Shown: positions 1 through 9,338 of the stretch, in pieces | How the letters are laid out: the number at the start of each line of letters is the position of its first letter | Numbering within the stretch: position 1 is the stretch's first letter | Assembly: GCA_016699695.1 (NCBI GenBank) | Contig: CP065006.1 | Location: forward strand, 3,037,435-3,101,434 | Source: Bacteroidota bacterium | Lineage (GTDB): Bacteria > Bacteroidota > Bacteroidia > Bacteroidales > UBA10428 | Direction: 5' to 3' | Length of the DNA stretch: 64,000 nucleotides | The notes under the pieces: generated by a model | What the model was told of the DNA's origin: nothing | Seen by the model: the letters and a program-made list of their open reading frames with translations, nothing else | Database searches by the model: none | Made by a program: the position numbers and the translations under genes

Positions 1-1
1 C

Positions 2-469
2 TTCAAACAACGTGCACGCATGAGTATGCTCTACTATCATGCCGAAGCACTGCATTATGCGGTGGTAGGTACACCTAACAAGCATGAGAAAGAACAAGGT
101 TTTTTTGTTAAATATGGCGATGGTGGTGCTGATATCATGCCCATTGGCAACCTTTATAAAACTCAAGTATACCAGATTGCTGAATACCTGGGAGTACCCA
201 AGGCTATCATCGAAAGAACACCCACTACAGATACTTACACTGCTGAACAAACACAAGAGGAGTTTTTCTATCAGTTACCCTATAATCTGATGGATCGTTA
301 CTGGTATGGATACGAAAATGGGTATTCTCCTGCTGAGGTGGGTAAGGTAATGGGCGAAACAGAAGAGCATGTGAAGAGCATGTTTGTAAACTTTGAGCGT
401 AAATACAAAACCACCGAATATTTGCGCATGTCACCTATCCGCGACTATTTCAATGGCTCAGAAAATTGA
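2..469 (+). CDS. nadE: NH3-dependent NAD+ synthetase, C-terminal part (5' end lies outside the window)
   Basis: The frame of ORF 20..469 stays open to nt 2 (FKQRARMSMLYY...). KYGDGGAD and PIGNLYKTQV-type motifs are typical of the NadE C-terminal half. Confidence 0.8.
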   Translation, partial: FKQRARMSMLYYHAEALHYAVVGTPNKHEKEQGFFVKYGDGGADIMPIGNLYKTQVYQIAEYLGVPKAIIERTPTTDTYTAEQTQEEFFYQLPYNLMDRYWYGYENGYSPAEVGKVMGETEEHVKSMFVNFERKYKTTEYLRMSPIRDYFNGSEN

Positions 470-534
470 TCTTTAATCGGTAGGTTGGTTTATCTTTCGT
501 TTAGTAATTATCAGGAAATTATTCCTTAGGTTTT

Positions 535-1995
535 ATGAATTGTGTTGATTTTTTCTTTGAACAATCGAAGCACCTGCAAAAAGAATTTGTGGTAGGCAGA
601 GAGCCAATCGATTATGTTACTCTCTACGACCGTACCCTGCAATTGGCAGACTATGTCCGTACCAGGGTTGGCAGTGGCAAGCATATTCTGCTGCTTTCAG
701 CAAATAACACCTTTTTTGTAACGGCCTATCTGGCAATTCTGAAATCGGGAAATGCCTGTGTACCGCTTGATCCGCGTATTGAGACAGAGAATCTGCTTTA
801 TATTCAAGAGCAAACCAGCCCGGCGATGGCATTTTTAACACCCGATGTGGAAAAGCGACTTAACCTTTCTGGCATTCCTGTTATTTCTCCTGCCGGGCTT
901 GCCGAAGTATATGAGAAAAAATCAGAGGTTCTGTTTGAAATGGAATTCGATGGCCACTCGGTAGCAGAAGTGATATTTACTTCAGGTTCTACAGGCACTC
1001 CCAAAGGAGTTATGCTTTCGCACAATAACATTATCGCCAATACCAACTCTATTGTCGAATACCTTCATCTTACCAGCCACGACCGCATTCTGGTGGTGAT
1101 GCCCTTCTTCTATTGCTATGGATTGTCCTTGTTGCACACCCATCTCAGGGTAGGAGGCTCCCTAGTGCTCAACAATAGTTTTATCTTCCTGGGAGCAGTG
1201 ATAAACGATTTAAAGAACAATGCCTGCACCGGGTTTGCAGGTGTGCCCAGTCATTTTCAAATTTTATTACGAAAATCGGAATCTTTTAAAACCACTTCTT
1301 TACCCGAATTAAAGTATGTAACCCAGGCAGGCGGAAAACTTTCAACCGTATTTATCGACGAATTTAGGGATGCATTTCCGCAAGTGAAGTTTTATGTCAT
1401 GTATGGCCAGACCGAGGCAACCGCCAGGTTGTCCTATCTTCCACCCGAAGAATACCCCAGACGAAAAGGATCTCTTGGCAAAGGCATTCCCGGAGTAGAA
1501 CTTAAAGTAGTTGACGAACAAGGAAACCAGGTGAAAACTGGTGATACTGGAGAAATTATTGCACGCGGCGGAAATGTAATGATCGGATACCTTCATGATG
1601 AAGAATCGACTACCCAGGTTATTCGCGATGGCTGGTTGCATACCGGAGACCTTGCTACCATCGATGAGGATGGATATATTTATCATTCAGCGCGCAAGAA
1701 AGAAATTATGAAAATAAACGGCAAGCGCGTAAGCCCGAAAGAAATTGAAGAGGTTATACTCAGTCTGCATGAAGTGGTCGATTGCAGCATCGAAGCTATC
1801 GAAGACGATATTCAGGGCGAAGCCATTAAAGCTGTGGTGGTAGTAAATAACCTTGGCACAACCCAAATAAATGCCGACAAAATTAAGGAACATTGCGGTA
1901 AAAAATTAGCTTTGTATAAAGTACCCAAACTGATTGAACTAAAAGAGCGTATGGAACTGAGCAGTTCTGGTAAAAAAGTTAAGGCTAAACTTTAA
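535..1995 (+). CDS. Adenylate-forming (AMP-dependent) ligase, DltA/acyl-CoA-synthetase-like
   Basis: 486 aa with superfamily motifs TSGSTGTPKGV, YGQTEA, GWLHTGD and a C-terminal Lys region (LYKVPK). Confidence 0.85.
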   Translation: MNCVDFFFEQSKHLQKEFVVGREPIDYVTLYDRTLQLADYVRTRVGSGKHILLLSANNTFFVTAYLAILKSGNACVPLDPRIETENLLYIQEQTSPAMAFLTPDVEKRLNLSGIPVISPAGLAEVYEKKSEVLFEMEFDGHSVAEVIFTSGSTGTPKGVMLSHNNIIANTNSIVEYLHLTSHDRILVVMPFFYCYGLSLLHTHLRVGGSLVLNNSFIFLGAVINDLKNNACTGFAGVPSHFQILLRKSESFKTTSLPELKYVTQAGGKLSTVFIDEFRDAFPQVKFYVMYGQTEATARLSYLPPEEYPRRKGSLGKGIPGVELKVVDEQGNQVKTGDTGEIIARGGNVMIGYLHDEESTTQVIRDGWLHTGDLATIDEDGYIYHSARKKEIMKINGKRVSPKEIEEVILSLHEVVDCSIEAIEDDIQGEAIKAVVVVNNLGTTQINADKIKEHCGKKLALYKVPKLIELKERMELSSSGKKVKAKL

Positions 1996-2006
1996 AACCA
2001 ACTTCC

Positions 2007-2837
2007 ATGAAAACAATAGCCTACTCGATCATTTTTATTTTTTTATTAATGGGATGCGACCAAAGTACCGAAGTGAAAGTTGAAAATCCCGATGTGAATA
2101 TTCTGTTCCTGCATCACAGTACCGGAATGAATGTGTATAAAGGAAAGCGCGATTTTCTATCAGGAATACTATCTCGTTTCGAAAAATACACAGTTCCTTC
2201 ATTGATTGAAGAATACAATATTCAAAACGGAGCAAAAATAGCTATCCGTGAGCAGGCTTTCCCCAAAGGGTCACCTTATCCATGGAGTAACTACCCTTAC
2301 GACTACTACAACATCTGGGTTAAAAATGGCGGTACAGAACCCTTTATGGAAGAACCTACCCTCGAAATGCTTACCGCCGATTACGATGTGATTGTTTTTA
2401 AGCACTGTTTTCCTGTAAGCAATATTCTACCCAACGACAGTGTATCGGATATCAACTCCGACAAAAAAACAATTGGAAACTATACTTTACAATACCAAGC
2501 TTTAAAAGAAAAGCTACATTCTTTTGGCAACACAAAGTTTATAATCTGGACCGGAGCTGCACTTACCAAAGCATCTACCACAGAGGAAATTGCATTGCGT
2601 GCGCGTGAGTTCTTCGACTGGGTAGTAAACGAATGGGATGAGCCCGGCGATAATATTTTTGTTTGGGATTTCAGAAAACTTCAGGTAGGAGAGGGCCTTT
2701 ACCTGCCTGATGAAAAGGCAAAGAATGCCTGGGACTCTCACCTTGACCCGGATTTTGGAGAACTGGCTGCACATGAATTCACCAAATATCTTATTGAGGT
2801 GGCAAATACTAATATATCCTCTAATCGCTCAGAATAA
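2007..2837 (+). CDS. Lipoprotein of unknown function
   Basis: 276 aa with a lipobox-like N-terminus (IFIFLLMGC). It starts 11 nt after the ligase stop. No family recognised. Confidence 0.6.
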   Translation: MKTIAYSIIFIFLLMGCDQSTEVKVENPDVNILFLHHSTGMNVYKGKRDFLSGILSRFEKYTVPSLIEEYNIQNGAKIAIREQAFPKGSPYPWSNYPYDYYNIWVKNGGTEPFMEEPTLEMLTADYDVIVFKHCFPVSNILPNDSVSDINSDKKTIGNYTLQYQALKEKLHSFGNTKFIIWTGAALTKASTTEEIALRAREFFDWVVNEWDEPGDNIFVWDFRKLQVGEGLYLPDEKAKNAWDSHLDPDFGELAAHEFTKYLIEVANTNISSNRSE

Positions 2838-2849
2838 ATAGTCTCAATA

Positions 2850-4280
2850 ATGAATATTTACAGTGTAAAATTTCTGATTTACATTCTTAGTTTTTTACTC
2901 CCTTATTACTATGTAAACCGGAAAATTCAAAACCTGCTATTGTTTTCAGCCAGTTTGCTTTTTGTAGGCATCATTTCAGTTAAAGTATTGGTGATTTCTA
3001 TGGTGCTGGTAGGAATCAATTATTTGGCAGGAATACTTATAAATAAAAACCTGGCGGCTCCCCTGCGAAAGACCTGGCTTGTCAGATTTGGCGTTTTTAT
3101 CAATATTGGCGTATTGGTATTTTTTAAGTACCTCGGTTTTCTTATCGATAACCTTAATCAATTGCTCGGGTTAGCCGATTTGTCTGTACCCTCGATAGAA
3201 TTTATTATTCCAATTGGAATTTCGTACTACACTTTTCAGGGTATCGGATACCTGCTCAATGTTTCGCGGGGAGTAGAAAAGGTTGAGACGAATATCATTC
3301 ATTTCAGCATTTTTATGCTCTTTTTTCCTAAATTTATTGCCGGCCCCATCGAGCGATCGAAAGTGTTTCTGAGGCAACTAAAGCAAAAAATTGAGTTTAG
3401 CGAGTACAACCTGATTAACGGTTTTCAGCTGATTATTCTCGGCGCGTTTATGAAAATGGTGATAGGCGACAGGCTGGCAATGATGGTGAATTACCTGCAT
3501 TCCGATATGCCACATATCCATGGAGGTATGTATATGCTCATTTTCCTGTTGCAACCTATGCATCTTTATTTCGATTTCTCGGGCTATACGCGTATTGCCT
3601 TGGGCATTGGAAAACTCTTTGGAATTTCACTCACAGACAACTTCAATCGGCCATTCTTTGCCAGAAGTGTGGGTGAATTCTGGAAACGTTGGCATATTTC
3701 ATTGTCCACCTGGTGCAACGATTATATTTTCAATCACATCATTATAAAACGTCTTAAATGGCGCAAATGGGCTTCGGTGTATGCCCTTATGATAACTTTT
3801 TTTGTGGTTGGAATCTGGCATGGACCCAACTGGACTTATATTGCAGTAGGTTTGCTCCAGGGTATTGCCATTAATTACGAGTTTTTTACCAAGAAATGGA
3901 GGCTCCGAACAATAGGTAAACTCCCTCTTCGGCTTAATAGGTTGATAAGCATATCGTTAACCTATTTGTTCTTCTGTTTTACCCTGATATTCTTCAATTC
4001 CGGTACCATAAGAGATGCCTTATACTTCATCTCACATTTGTTTGCCAGCTTGTCGCCCGATGGCATTGGTGTTTTTGGTTTGAAAAATTATTTGTTTGTT
4101 GCCTTTGGCATTCTTTTCTTTTTCTTACTAGAGTTTCGTCAGGAATATTGGAACGAGTCGCCTTACGATATAATTTCCCGAACACCTAAGCTTATTCGTT
4201 GGGGAGTCTATTACCTGCTCACTTTTCTGATCATGTTTTATTCTGGCCCCGAATCGTCGTTTGTATACATGCAGTTTTAG
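2850..4280 (+). CDS. MBOAT family O-acyltransferase (AlgI/DltB-like)
   Basis: 476 aa, highly hydrophobic multipass protein. MBOAT signatures EFWKRWHISLSTWCNDY and GIWHG are present. Confidence 0.9.
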   Translation: MNIYSVKFLIYILSFLLPYYYVNRKIQNLLLFSASLLFVGIISVKVLVISMVLVGINYLAGILINKNLAAPLRKTWLVRFGVFINIGVLVFFKYLGFLIDNLNQLLGLADLSVPSIEFIIPIGISYYTFQGIGYLLNVSRGVEKVETNIIHFSIFMLFFPKFIAGPIERSKVFLRQLKQKIEFSEYNLINGFQLIILGAFMKMVIGDRLAMMVNYLHSDMPHIHGGMYMLIFLLQPMHLYFDFSGYTRIALGIGKLFGISLTDNFNRPFFARSVGEFWKRWHISLSTWCNDYIFNHIIIKRLKWRKWASVYALMITFFVVGIWHGPNWTYIAVGLLQGIAINYEFFTKKWRLRTIGKLPLRLNRLISISLTYLFFCFTLIFFNSGTIRDALYFISHLFASLSPDGIGVFGLKNYLFVAFGILFFFLLEFRQEYWNESPYDIISRTPKLIRWGVYYLLTFLIMFYSGPESSFVYMQF

Positions 4281-4331
4281 ATAAAAATGAAATTAAGAAA
4301 TCACATACGATCATAGAAAAGCTTTTACTGA

Positions 4332-5297
4332 ATGAAACGTGTATTTGTACATCTTCTGTTGTTTTTATTACCCTTCTTGCTGAATATCGCAATAGTTTAT
4401 ATTGTTGATCCCTATAACCTTATTCATGAAGGTAAATATATATCTGATGAGGCTAAAAATAAATGCATTCGCCGCACTGCAGCCACCATACCACGTGGAC
4501 AGGTTCCCTGGAAAATGGCTATGTACGACCGAAATCCCATACCTAATGTAGTGTTTGGCGATTCACGCATGACACACCTGAATGGCGATTATTTTACCCA
4601 AAATACCGGCGAGGAACTTTTTAATTTTGCCATTGCCGGGGGTAATTTGCGAACCTCTATCGATTTTTTCTGGTTCTGTACCACCAAAACATCACTTAAA
4701 AGGGTGTTCTTCCAGGTTGGGTTCATCAATTTCAACGATAAAGTTTATTACGATATAGTGGCACCCTATTGGAAGTTTTCCAGTAATTTGCTTACCTATT
4801 TCACTAATCAGAATGTGTGCATCGATACCTATTCAGTACTCTACTACCTGGCAACAGACAACGAAGATTTTGTGAATATCGATTTCCGCGAACGATCTAT
4901 TGATTTATGGCAGCGCGGATACGACCTCATTGACTTGCGCATGAACGATTTTGTCTATCCTTCGAATTACCTGAACGAATACAGAAAGATTGTAAATTAT
5001 TGCAAGGAAAATGGAATTGAGATCTACTTTATTCACATACCCAATCATCGTAGTTTTATCGACAAGATTCGTGAATACGATAAGGAAAAAGAGTATCAGG
5101 CCTATTTCGAGGACTTAAAAAGCCTCAGTCCTTTAATCAACCCTACTTCTCTTTTCAATTTTACCCAAATCGACGAAAATTATAAAGATGTATTTCATTT
5201 TAAAACAGAATTTGCCGACTCCATATCGAACGAAATCTGGAAGCAATATATTCACGTCTATTTTCAACCACCACTTGCCCAGCAAACCGGACAATAA
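4332..5297 (+). CDS. Membrane-anchored SGNH-like protein (possible DltD/AlgJ-type acyltransferase partner)
   Basis: 321 aa with an N-terminal hydrophobic anchor. FGDSR resembles SGNH block I and DVFHF resembles block V (DxxH). It lies directly downstream of the MBOAT gene. Confidence 0.55.
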   Translation: MKRVFVHLLLFLLPFLLNIAIVYIVDPYNLIHEGKYISDEAKNKCIRRTAATIPRGQVPWKMAMYDRNPIPNVVFGDSRMTHLNGDYFTQNTGEELFNFAIAGGNLRTSIDFFWFCTTKTSLKRVFFQVGFINFNDKVYYDIVAPYWKFSSNLLTYFTNQNVCIDTYSVLYYLATDNEDFVNIDFRERSIDLWQRGYDLIDLRMNDFVYPSNYLNEYRKIVNYCKENGIEIYFIHIPNHRSFIDKIREYDKEKEYQAYFEDLKSLSPLINPTSLFNFTQIDENYKDVFHFKTEFADSISNEIWKQYIHVYFQPPLAQQTGQ

Positions 5298-6497
5298 ATG
5301 ACTGATGTGATAATCATCGGAACCGGAATTGTGGGTCTGGCAACTGGCTTGCAACTTCTGGAAAAGTCTCCACATCTGCGTGTGAAATTTCTCGAAAAAG
5401 AACCCGGGCCTGCTATGCACCAGACGGGCCATAACAGCGGGGTTATTCATGCAGGAGTATATTACAAACCAGGTAGCTTAAAAGCAACCAACTGCCTCGA
5501 AGGATACCGTAAGCTCATCGATTTCTGTACACGAGCGAATGTACCATTCGAATTATGCGGAAAACTAATTGTGGCCACAGAAGCCCAGGAGGTTCCAAGG
5601 CTTGAAAGCCTTTTTGAGCGCGCTCAACAGAACGGGCTTGTTCGTGTAAAAAAGCTTTCTGCCTCTGAAATTAAACAATACGAGCCTCATGCTTCAGGCT
5701 TGGCAGCCTTGCACGTACCCTACACAGGCATTATAAACTATGGCGAATTAGCCAGAAAATATGCTGCCATTCTGCAGGAAAAGTATGCTGTTTCTATTCA
5801 TTACAGCCATGAAGTAACACAGATAGAAAAAAAACATGCAGGAGTTGAAGTGATTACTAATCAAGGGGCTTTCGAGGCACGCTTTATTATTAACACCGCA
5901 GGACTTTATAGCGACCAGATTGCACTCATGACTGAGGATGACCTCGATGTGCGTATCATTCCCTTCAGGGGAGAATATGTGGAGTTGAACAAGGAAAAAC
6001 AATACCTGGTTCGCAACCTCATTTATCCTGTTCCAAATCCTGATTTTCCGTTTTTAGGTGTACACTTTACCAGGCTAATAGAAGGCGGTATTGAAGCAGG
6101 GCCAAATGCAGTTTGGGCTTTTGCGCGCGAAGGTTATTCTTTCCCCGATTTTAACATTAAGAATATTGTTGGGGATCTTGTCTGGCCTGGATTTCGCAGG
6201 GTGATGAAACAATATTGGAAAACTGGTTTGGGTGAGTATTACAGATCATTTTCGCACAAAGCACTTGTAAGGTCAATGCAAAAACTTGTTCCTTCAATAC
6301 AGGCAGGAGATTTTAGGGAGGGGGGGGCAGGAGTTCGAGCCCAGGCCTGCCACAAAAGCGGAGGCTTAATAGACGATTTTTTAATTCGCGAAAACAAATG
6401 GGCCATCAACGTGCTGAATGCACCTTCGCCTGCAGCTACGGCCTCATTGGCTATTGGCGAAACAATAGCTAATCTGGCCCTTAAACGTTCTCATTAG
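5298..6497 (+). CDS. lhgO: L-2-hydroxyglutarate oxidase (FAD-dependent)
   Basis: 399 aa with an N-terminal GxGxxG (IIGTGIVG). HQTGHNSGVIHAGVYYKPGSLKA, GPNAV, AGVRAQA and NAPSPAATAS blocks match E. coli LhgO as I recall it. Confidence 0.9.
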   Translation: MTDVIIIGTGIVGLATGLQLLEKSPHLRVKFLEKEPGPAMHQTGHNSGVIHAGVYYKPGSLKATNCLEGYRKLIDFCTRANVPFELCGKLIVATEAQEVPRLESLFERAQQNGLVRVKKLSASEIKQYEPHASGLAALHVPYTGIINYGELARKYAAILQEKYAVSIHYSHEVTQIEKKHAGVEVITNQGAFEARFIINTAGLYSDQIALMTEDDLDVRIIPFRGEYVELNKEKQYLVRNLIYPVPNPDFPFLGVHFTRLIEGGIEAGPNAVWAFAREGYSFPDFNIKNIVGDLVWPGFRRVMKQYWKTGLGEYYRSFSHKALVRSMQKLVPSIQAGDFREGGAGVRAQACHKSGGLIDDFLIRENKWAINVLNAPSPAATASLAIGETIANLALKRSH

Positions 6498-6531
6498 ATT
6501 CGTGTAAAGGCATTTTACCTGAACATTCGAA

Positions 6532-7074
6532 TTAATTCTTTTTGTCTTTTTGTTTGTTGAGCATATTGATAATCATCCGGCTTTCGCCTTCGCAGGTATG
6601 AAAGATTACAATCCGCTCACGCTCGTTGCATAAACAGTGAGTGTATAAATCGCATCCCAGTACCGAATCGATTGCAACCAGACTGTCTTTCAGATGGTAC
6701 TTAAAAATGTAATAAGTGTAATCGAAATAGAAAACCTTGACAGTATCGTCGGTTTCAGTGATGTAATAGGTACGGTCGTCGATGTTAAATGTGTCGCGGA
6801 TATAAATAAAAGACCGACGGCTACTTAATACAAGCGGTGTGGTATCGACATAACTAATTTTTGTGCGGGTACGCACTTGGGTAAGATATACAGTATCGTT
6901 GATGATACGCTCTGTAAAAACCGTGTCGGAAATAGTACTCATTGCTGTGTCGGCCACCTGATGCAGAATCTGCTTCTGATGCCTAATCTGGTTAGAAATA
7001 ACTAATATCAATATAATTACTACCAGTATTGCAATTGTAATCTGATAGCCAAGTTGTCTGTTTTTTTCTGACAT
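6532..7074 (-). CDS. Hypothetical membrane-anchored protein
   Basis: 180 aa with one N-terminal TM segment (ITIAILVVIILILVI), a Tyr/Thr/Asp-rich body and a C-terminal Cys cluster. No family recognised. Confidence 0.55.
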   Translation of the reverse strand: MSEKNRQLGYQITIAILVVIILILVISNQIRHQKQILHQVADTAMSTISDTVFTERIINDTVYLTQVRTRTKISYVDTTPLVLSSRRSFIYIRDTFNIDDRTYYITETDDTVKVFYFDYTYYIFKYHLKDSLVAIDSVLGCDLYTHCLCNERERIVIFHTCEGESRMIINMLNKQKDKKN

Positions 7075-7190
7075 GACACTAGTTTTTAAATGGGTAATAT
7101 AAATTACTCATTTTTAAAACCAATTTCAAGCATTAGCAGATAATAAATGTTTTGTATCCAATTTTCCAGAAGATAAATTCACTTAGGTTA

Positions 7191-7226
7191 TATAAAAAAG
7201 CCGGCAGGCTTTACGCTTACCGGCTT
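7191..7226 (-). terminator. Rho-independent terminator downstream of the POT transporter gene
   Basis: The minus-strand RNA reads AAGCCGG-loop-CCGGCUU followed by UUUUUUAUA, about 36 nt after the stop at 7262. Confidence 0.6.
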
Positions 7227-7261
7227 TAAAGAAGTTTTATCTCTTTTTAGGCTTAGCTACA

Positions 7262-9106
7262 CTATTTGGTAGCATTTTCGAGCCTTTTCATAATCGAGAA
7301 GATGAATATGGCAGCGAGAATGCAGCAGATAATAAATATTCCCCAAAGTATATAAAGGTCTACCATACCCCACAAAAGGCTTCCTACAAAAAGGAATTTG
7401 TTACCTATGGCAGTTGCCAGCAACCAGCCACCTTGCATAAGACCCTGGAAGCGTGCTGGGGCAACTTTGGCCACAAACGATAAACCGATAGGACTTAGAA
7501 AGAGTTCGGCAATGGTTAAAATGAGGTAAGAACTCATAAGCCAGTAGGGCGAAACTCTGTTTATCTCTTCTACTGCCACGCCCGCCATTTCTTTGGGAGA
7601 AACCAAGCCAAGCGAAGAGATTAATACCAATACAAACCCAAGGGCAGCTATAATCATTCCGATACCAATTTTACGCGGAGACGAAGGCTCCTGGCCACGC
7701 TTGCCCAACCAGGCAAAAATACCCATCACTACGGGAGTTAAGGCTACAATGAACAAGGGATTAAATGACTGAAATACTTCAGGTGAAATCAGGTTGAGGG
7801 TGTCGTTATTACGTGCGAAATAATAACATAGTACTCCAAATGCCACAAAACCCACAGCTCCAATTAACTTGTTTGATCCTTTTTTTCCAAAGAAAATCAT
7901 GGCGCTGGATGCAATTGCACCAATTACGGCCAGAATAGACCAAATGTTAAAAAAGAGGTTGGTAAACGGACCAACGTATTGTGCTGTATAGTCTCTTGCA
8001 AAGAAGGTAAGGGTTAGTCCATTCTGGTGGAAAGACATCCAAAAGAAAATAACAACAATAAACACCAGGAAGAGAGCCTTTACTCTTGGCTTTTCTTCTT
8101 TCGTCGATATCTGGAAAATCAGGGTAATAAATCCAACAAATAAACCTACTGCCAGACCCATTTTATAATCAATGTCTTTGATGGTGGTATAGCCATCGGC
8201 AATATGAAATAAAATTGCCACCACTATTACCAAACCCAGAGAAATCAGAATGTATTTGAGGTTATTGGCCAGGTTGAGTGCAGGCTTGGTTTCGGTAGCG
8301 ACATTATTCTTTTTCTCTTCTTTCATTATTTTATGTTTCGAAGGAAGAAGTTTGTTGAAGATAACATACACCAACAAGGATACAATCATGGCACCGGCAG
8401 CTATGGCAAAGGCATAGTTAAAACCTGCCGAAAATACACTGATGTAGTCATTCGCAAAAGCGGTAAGGTCTGCAGCCGATTTTCCTCCATCGGGAATGAT
8501 GGCTGCATTGGCAAGGGTTTGGAATTGCTCGGTATCTTTTAAAGTGCCATTTAAAAACTGGTGGCTCAGCAAAGGCAGGTTGGCATTTTCGAAATAGCCA
8601 TTGTGTTTAAGCCAGAATTCTTTTATTCCTTTTGCCACAAAGGGAGCAAAGAAGGCCCCAATGTTGATACCCATATAAAAAATCATGAAGGCACCATCGC
8701 GGGATTTCTTGTACTTTTCGTCGTCGTACATCTGTCCGACAACTGCCTGCAGGTTTCCTTTGAACAATCCGTTGCCCAGTGCAATAATGAGCAGGGCAGC
8801 CACAGAAACCCATAGTTCCAGGCCTGGTATTGCAATGATGAGGTAACCAGAGAACATAATTACCTGACCGATGAGAATCACCGTCTTATACCGTTTTGTC
8901 CAGTCGGCAAGCATACCCCCAATTAAAGCCAGGGCATAAATGGCAAAATAGAACCACGAATAGATGCTGCCAGCCGAATCGGCATCAAGGCCATACCTGG
9001 CTTGCAGAAACATAACCAGAATAGCCATCATCGTGTAAAATCCAAAGCGCTCTCCCATGTTGGTGAAAAACGCAACTAGTAGCCCCTTCGGGTGACCTTT
9101 TAACAT
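7262..9106 (-). CDS. Proton-dependent oligopeptide transporter (POT/PTR2 family MFS)
   Basis: 614 aa multipass protein with the N-terminal GERFGFYTM motif characteristic of POT transporters. Confidence 0.9.
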   Translation of the reverse strand: MLKGHPKGLLVAFFTNMGERFGFYTMMAILVMFLQARYGLDADSAGSIYSWFYFAIYALALIGGMLADWTKRYKTVILIGQVIMFSGYLIIAIPGLELWVSVAALLIIALGNGLFKGNLQAVVGQMYDDEKYKKSRDGAFMIFYMGINIGAFFAPFVAKGIKEFWLKHNGYFENANLPLLSHQFLNGTLKDTEQFQTLANAAIIPDGGKSAADLTAFANDYISVFSAGFNYAFAIAAGAMIVSLLVYVIFNKLLPSKHKIMKEEKKNNVATETKPALNLANNLKYILISLGLVIVVAILFHIADGYTTIKDIDYKMGLAVGLFVGFITLIFQISTKEEKPRVKALFLVFIVVIFFWMSFHQNGLTLTFFARDYTAQYVGPFTNLFFNIWSILAVIGAIASSAMIFFGKKGSNKLIGAVGFVAFGVLCYYFARNNDTLNLISPEVFQSFNPLFIVALTPVVMGIFAWLGKRGQEPSSPRKIGIGMIIAALGFVLVLISSLGLVSPKEMAGVAVEEINRVSPYWLMSSYLILTIAELFLSPIGLSFVAKVAPARFQGLMQGGWLLATAIGNKFLFVGSLLWGMVDLYILWGIFIICCILAAIFIFSIMKRLENATK

Positions 9107-9338
9107 AGGTGTAAGAATTAAATTGTTTCGAAATCAAAGTCCTTGTCGACAAATATAGAGGATTTTTTATTCGTGAAAATGATTTTTACTTCTTCCAGGT
9201 GTTTCTCATCCATGAGATGGGAACCATAAGCAAAACATGAGATAAAGTAAGTAAAACTCCATTTCTTATTGAAAAATGCAGAAAGAATGCTTTGCTCTTA
9301 CTAAATTTGAGTTTAGAAACCTCAATTCAATTTGAAAA

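Noticed and set aside
5295-5300. Functional linkage of lhgO to the acylation cassette. The stop and start abut as TAA ATG.
   Set aside because: LhgO is a widespread housekeeping enzyme with no known tie to MBOAT systems. Tight spacing alone is insufficient, so co-transcription is possible but no functional claim is made.
6320-6327. A G8 homopolymer inside lhgO as a possible phase-variation or frameshift site.
   Set aside because: The reading frame runs straight through it (..FREGGAGVRAQ..), matching the conserved LhgO block. There is no evidence of disruption.
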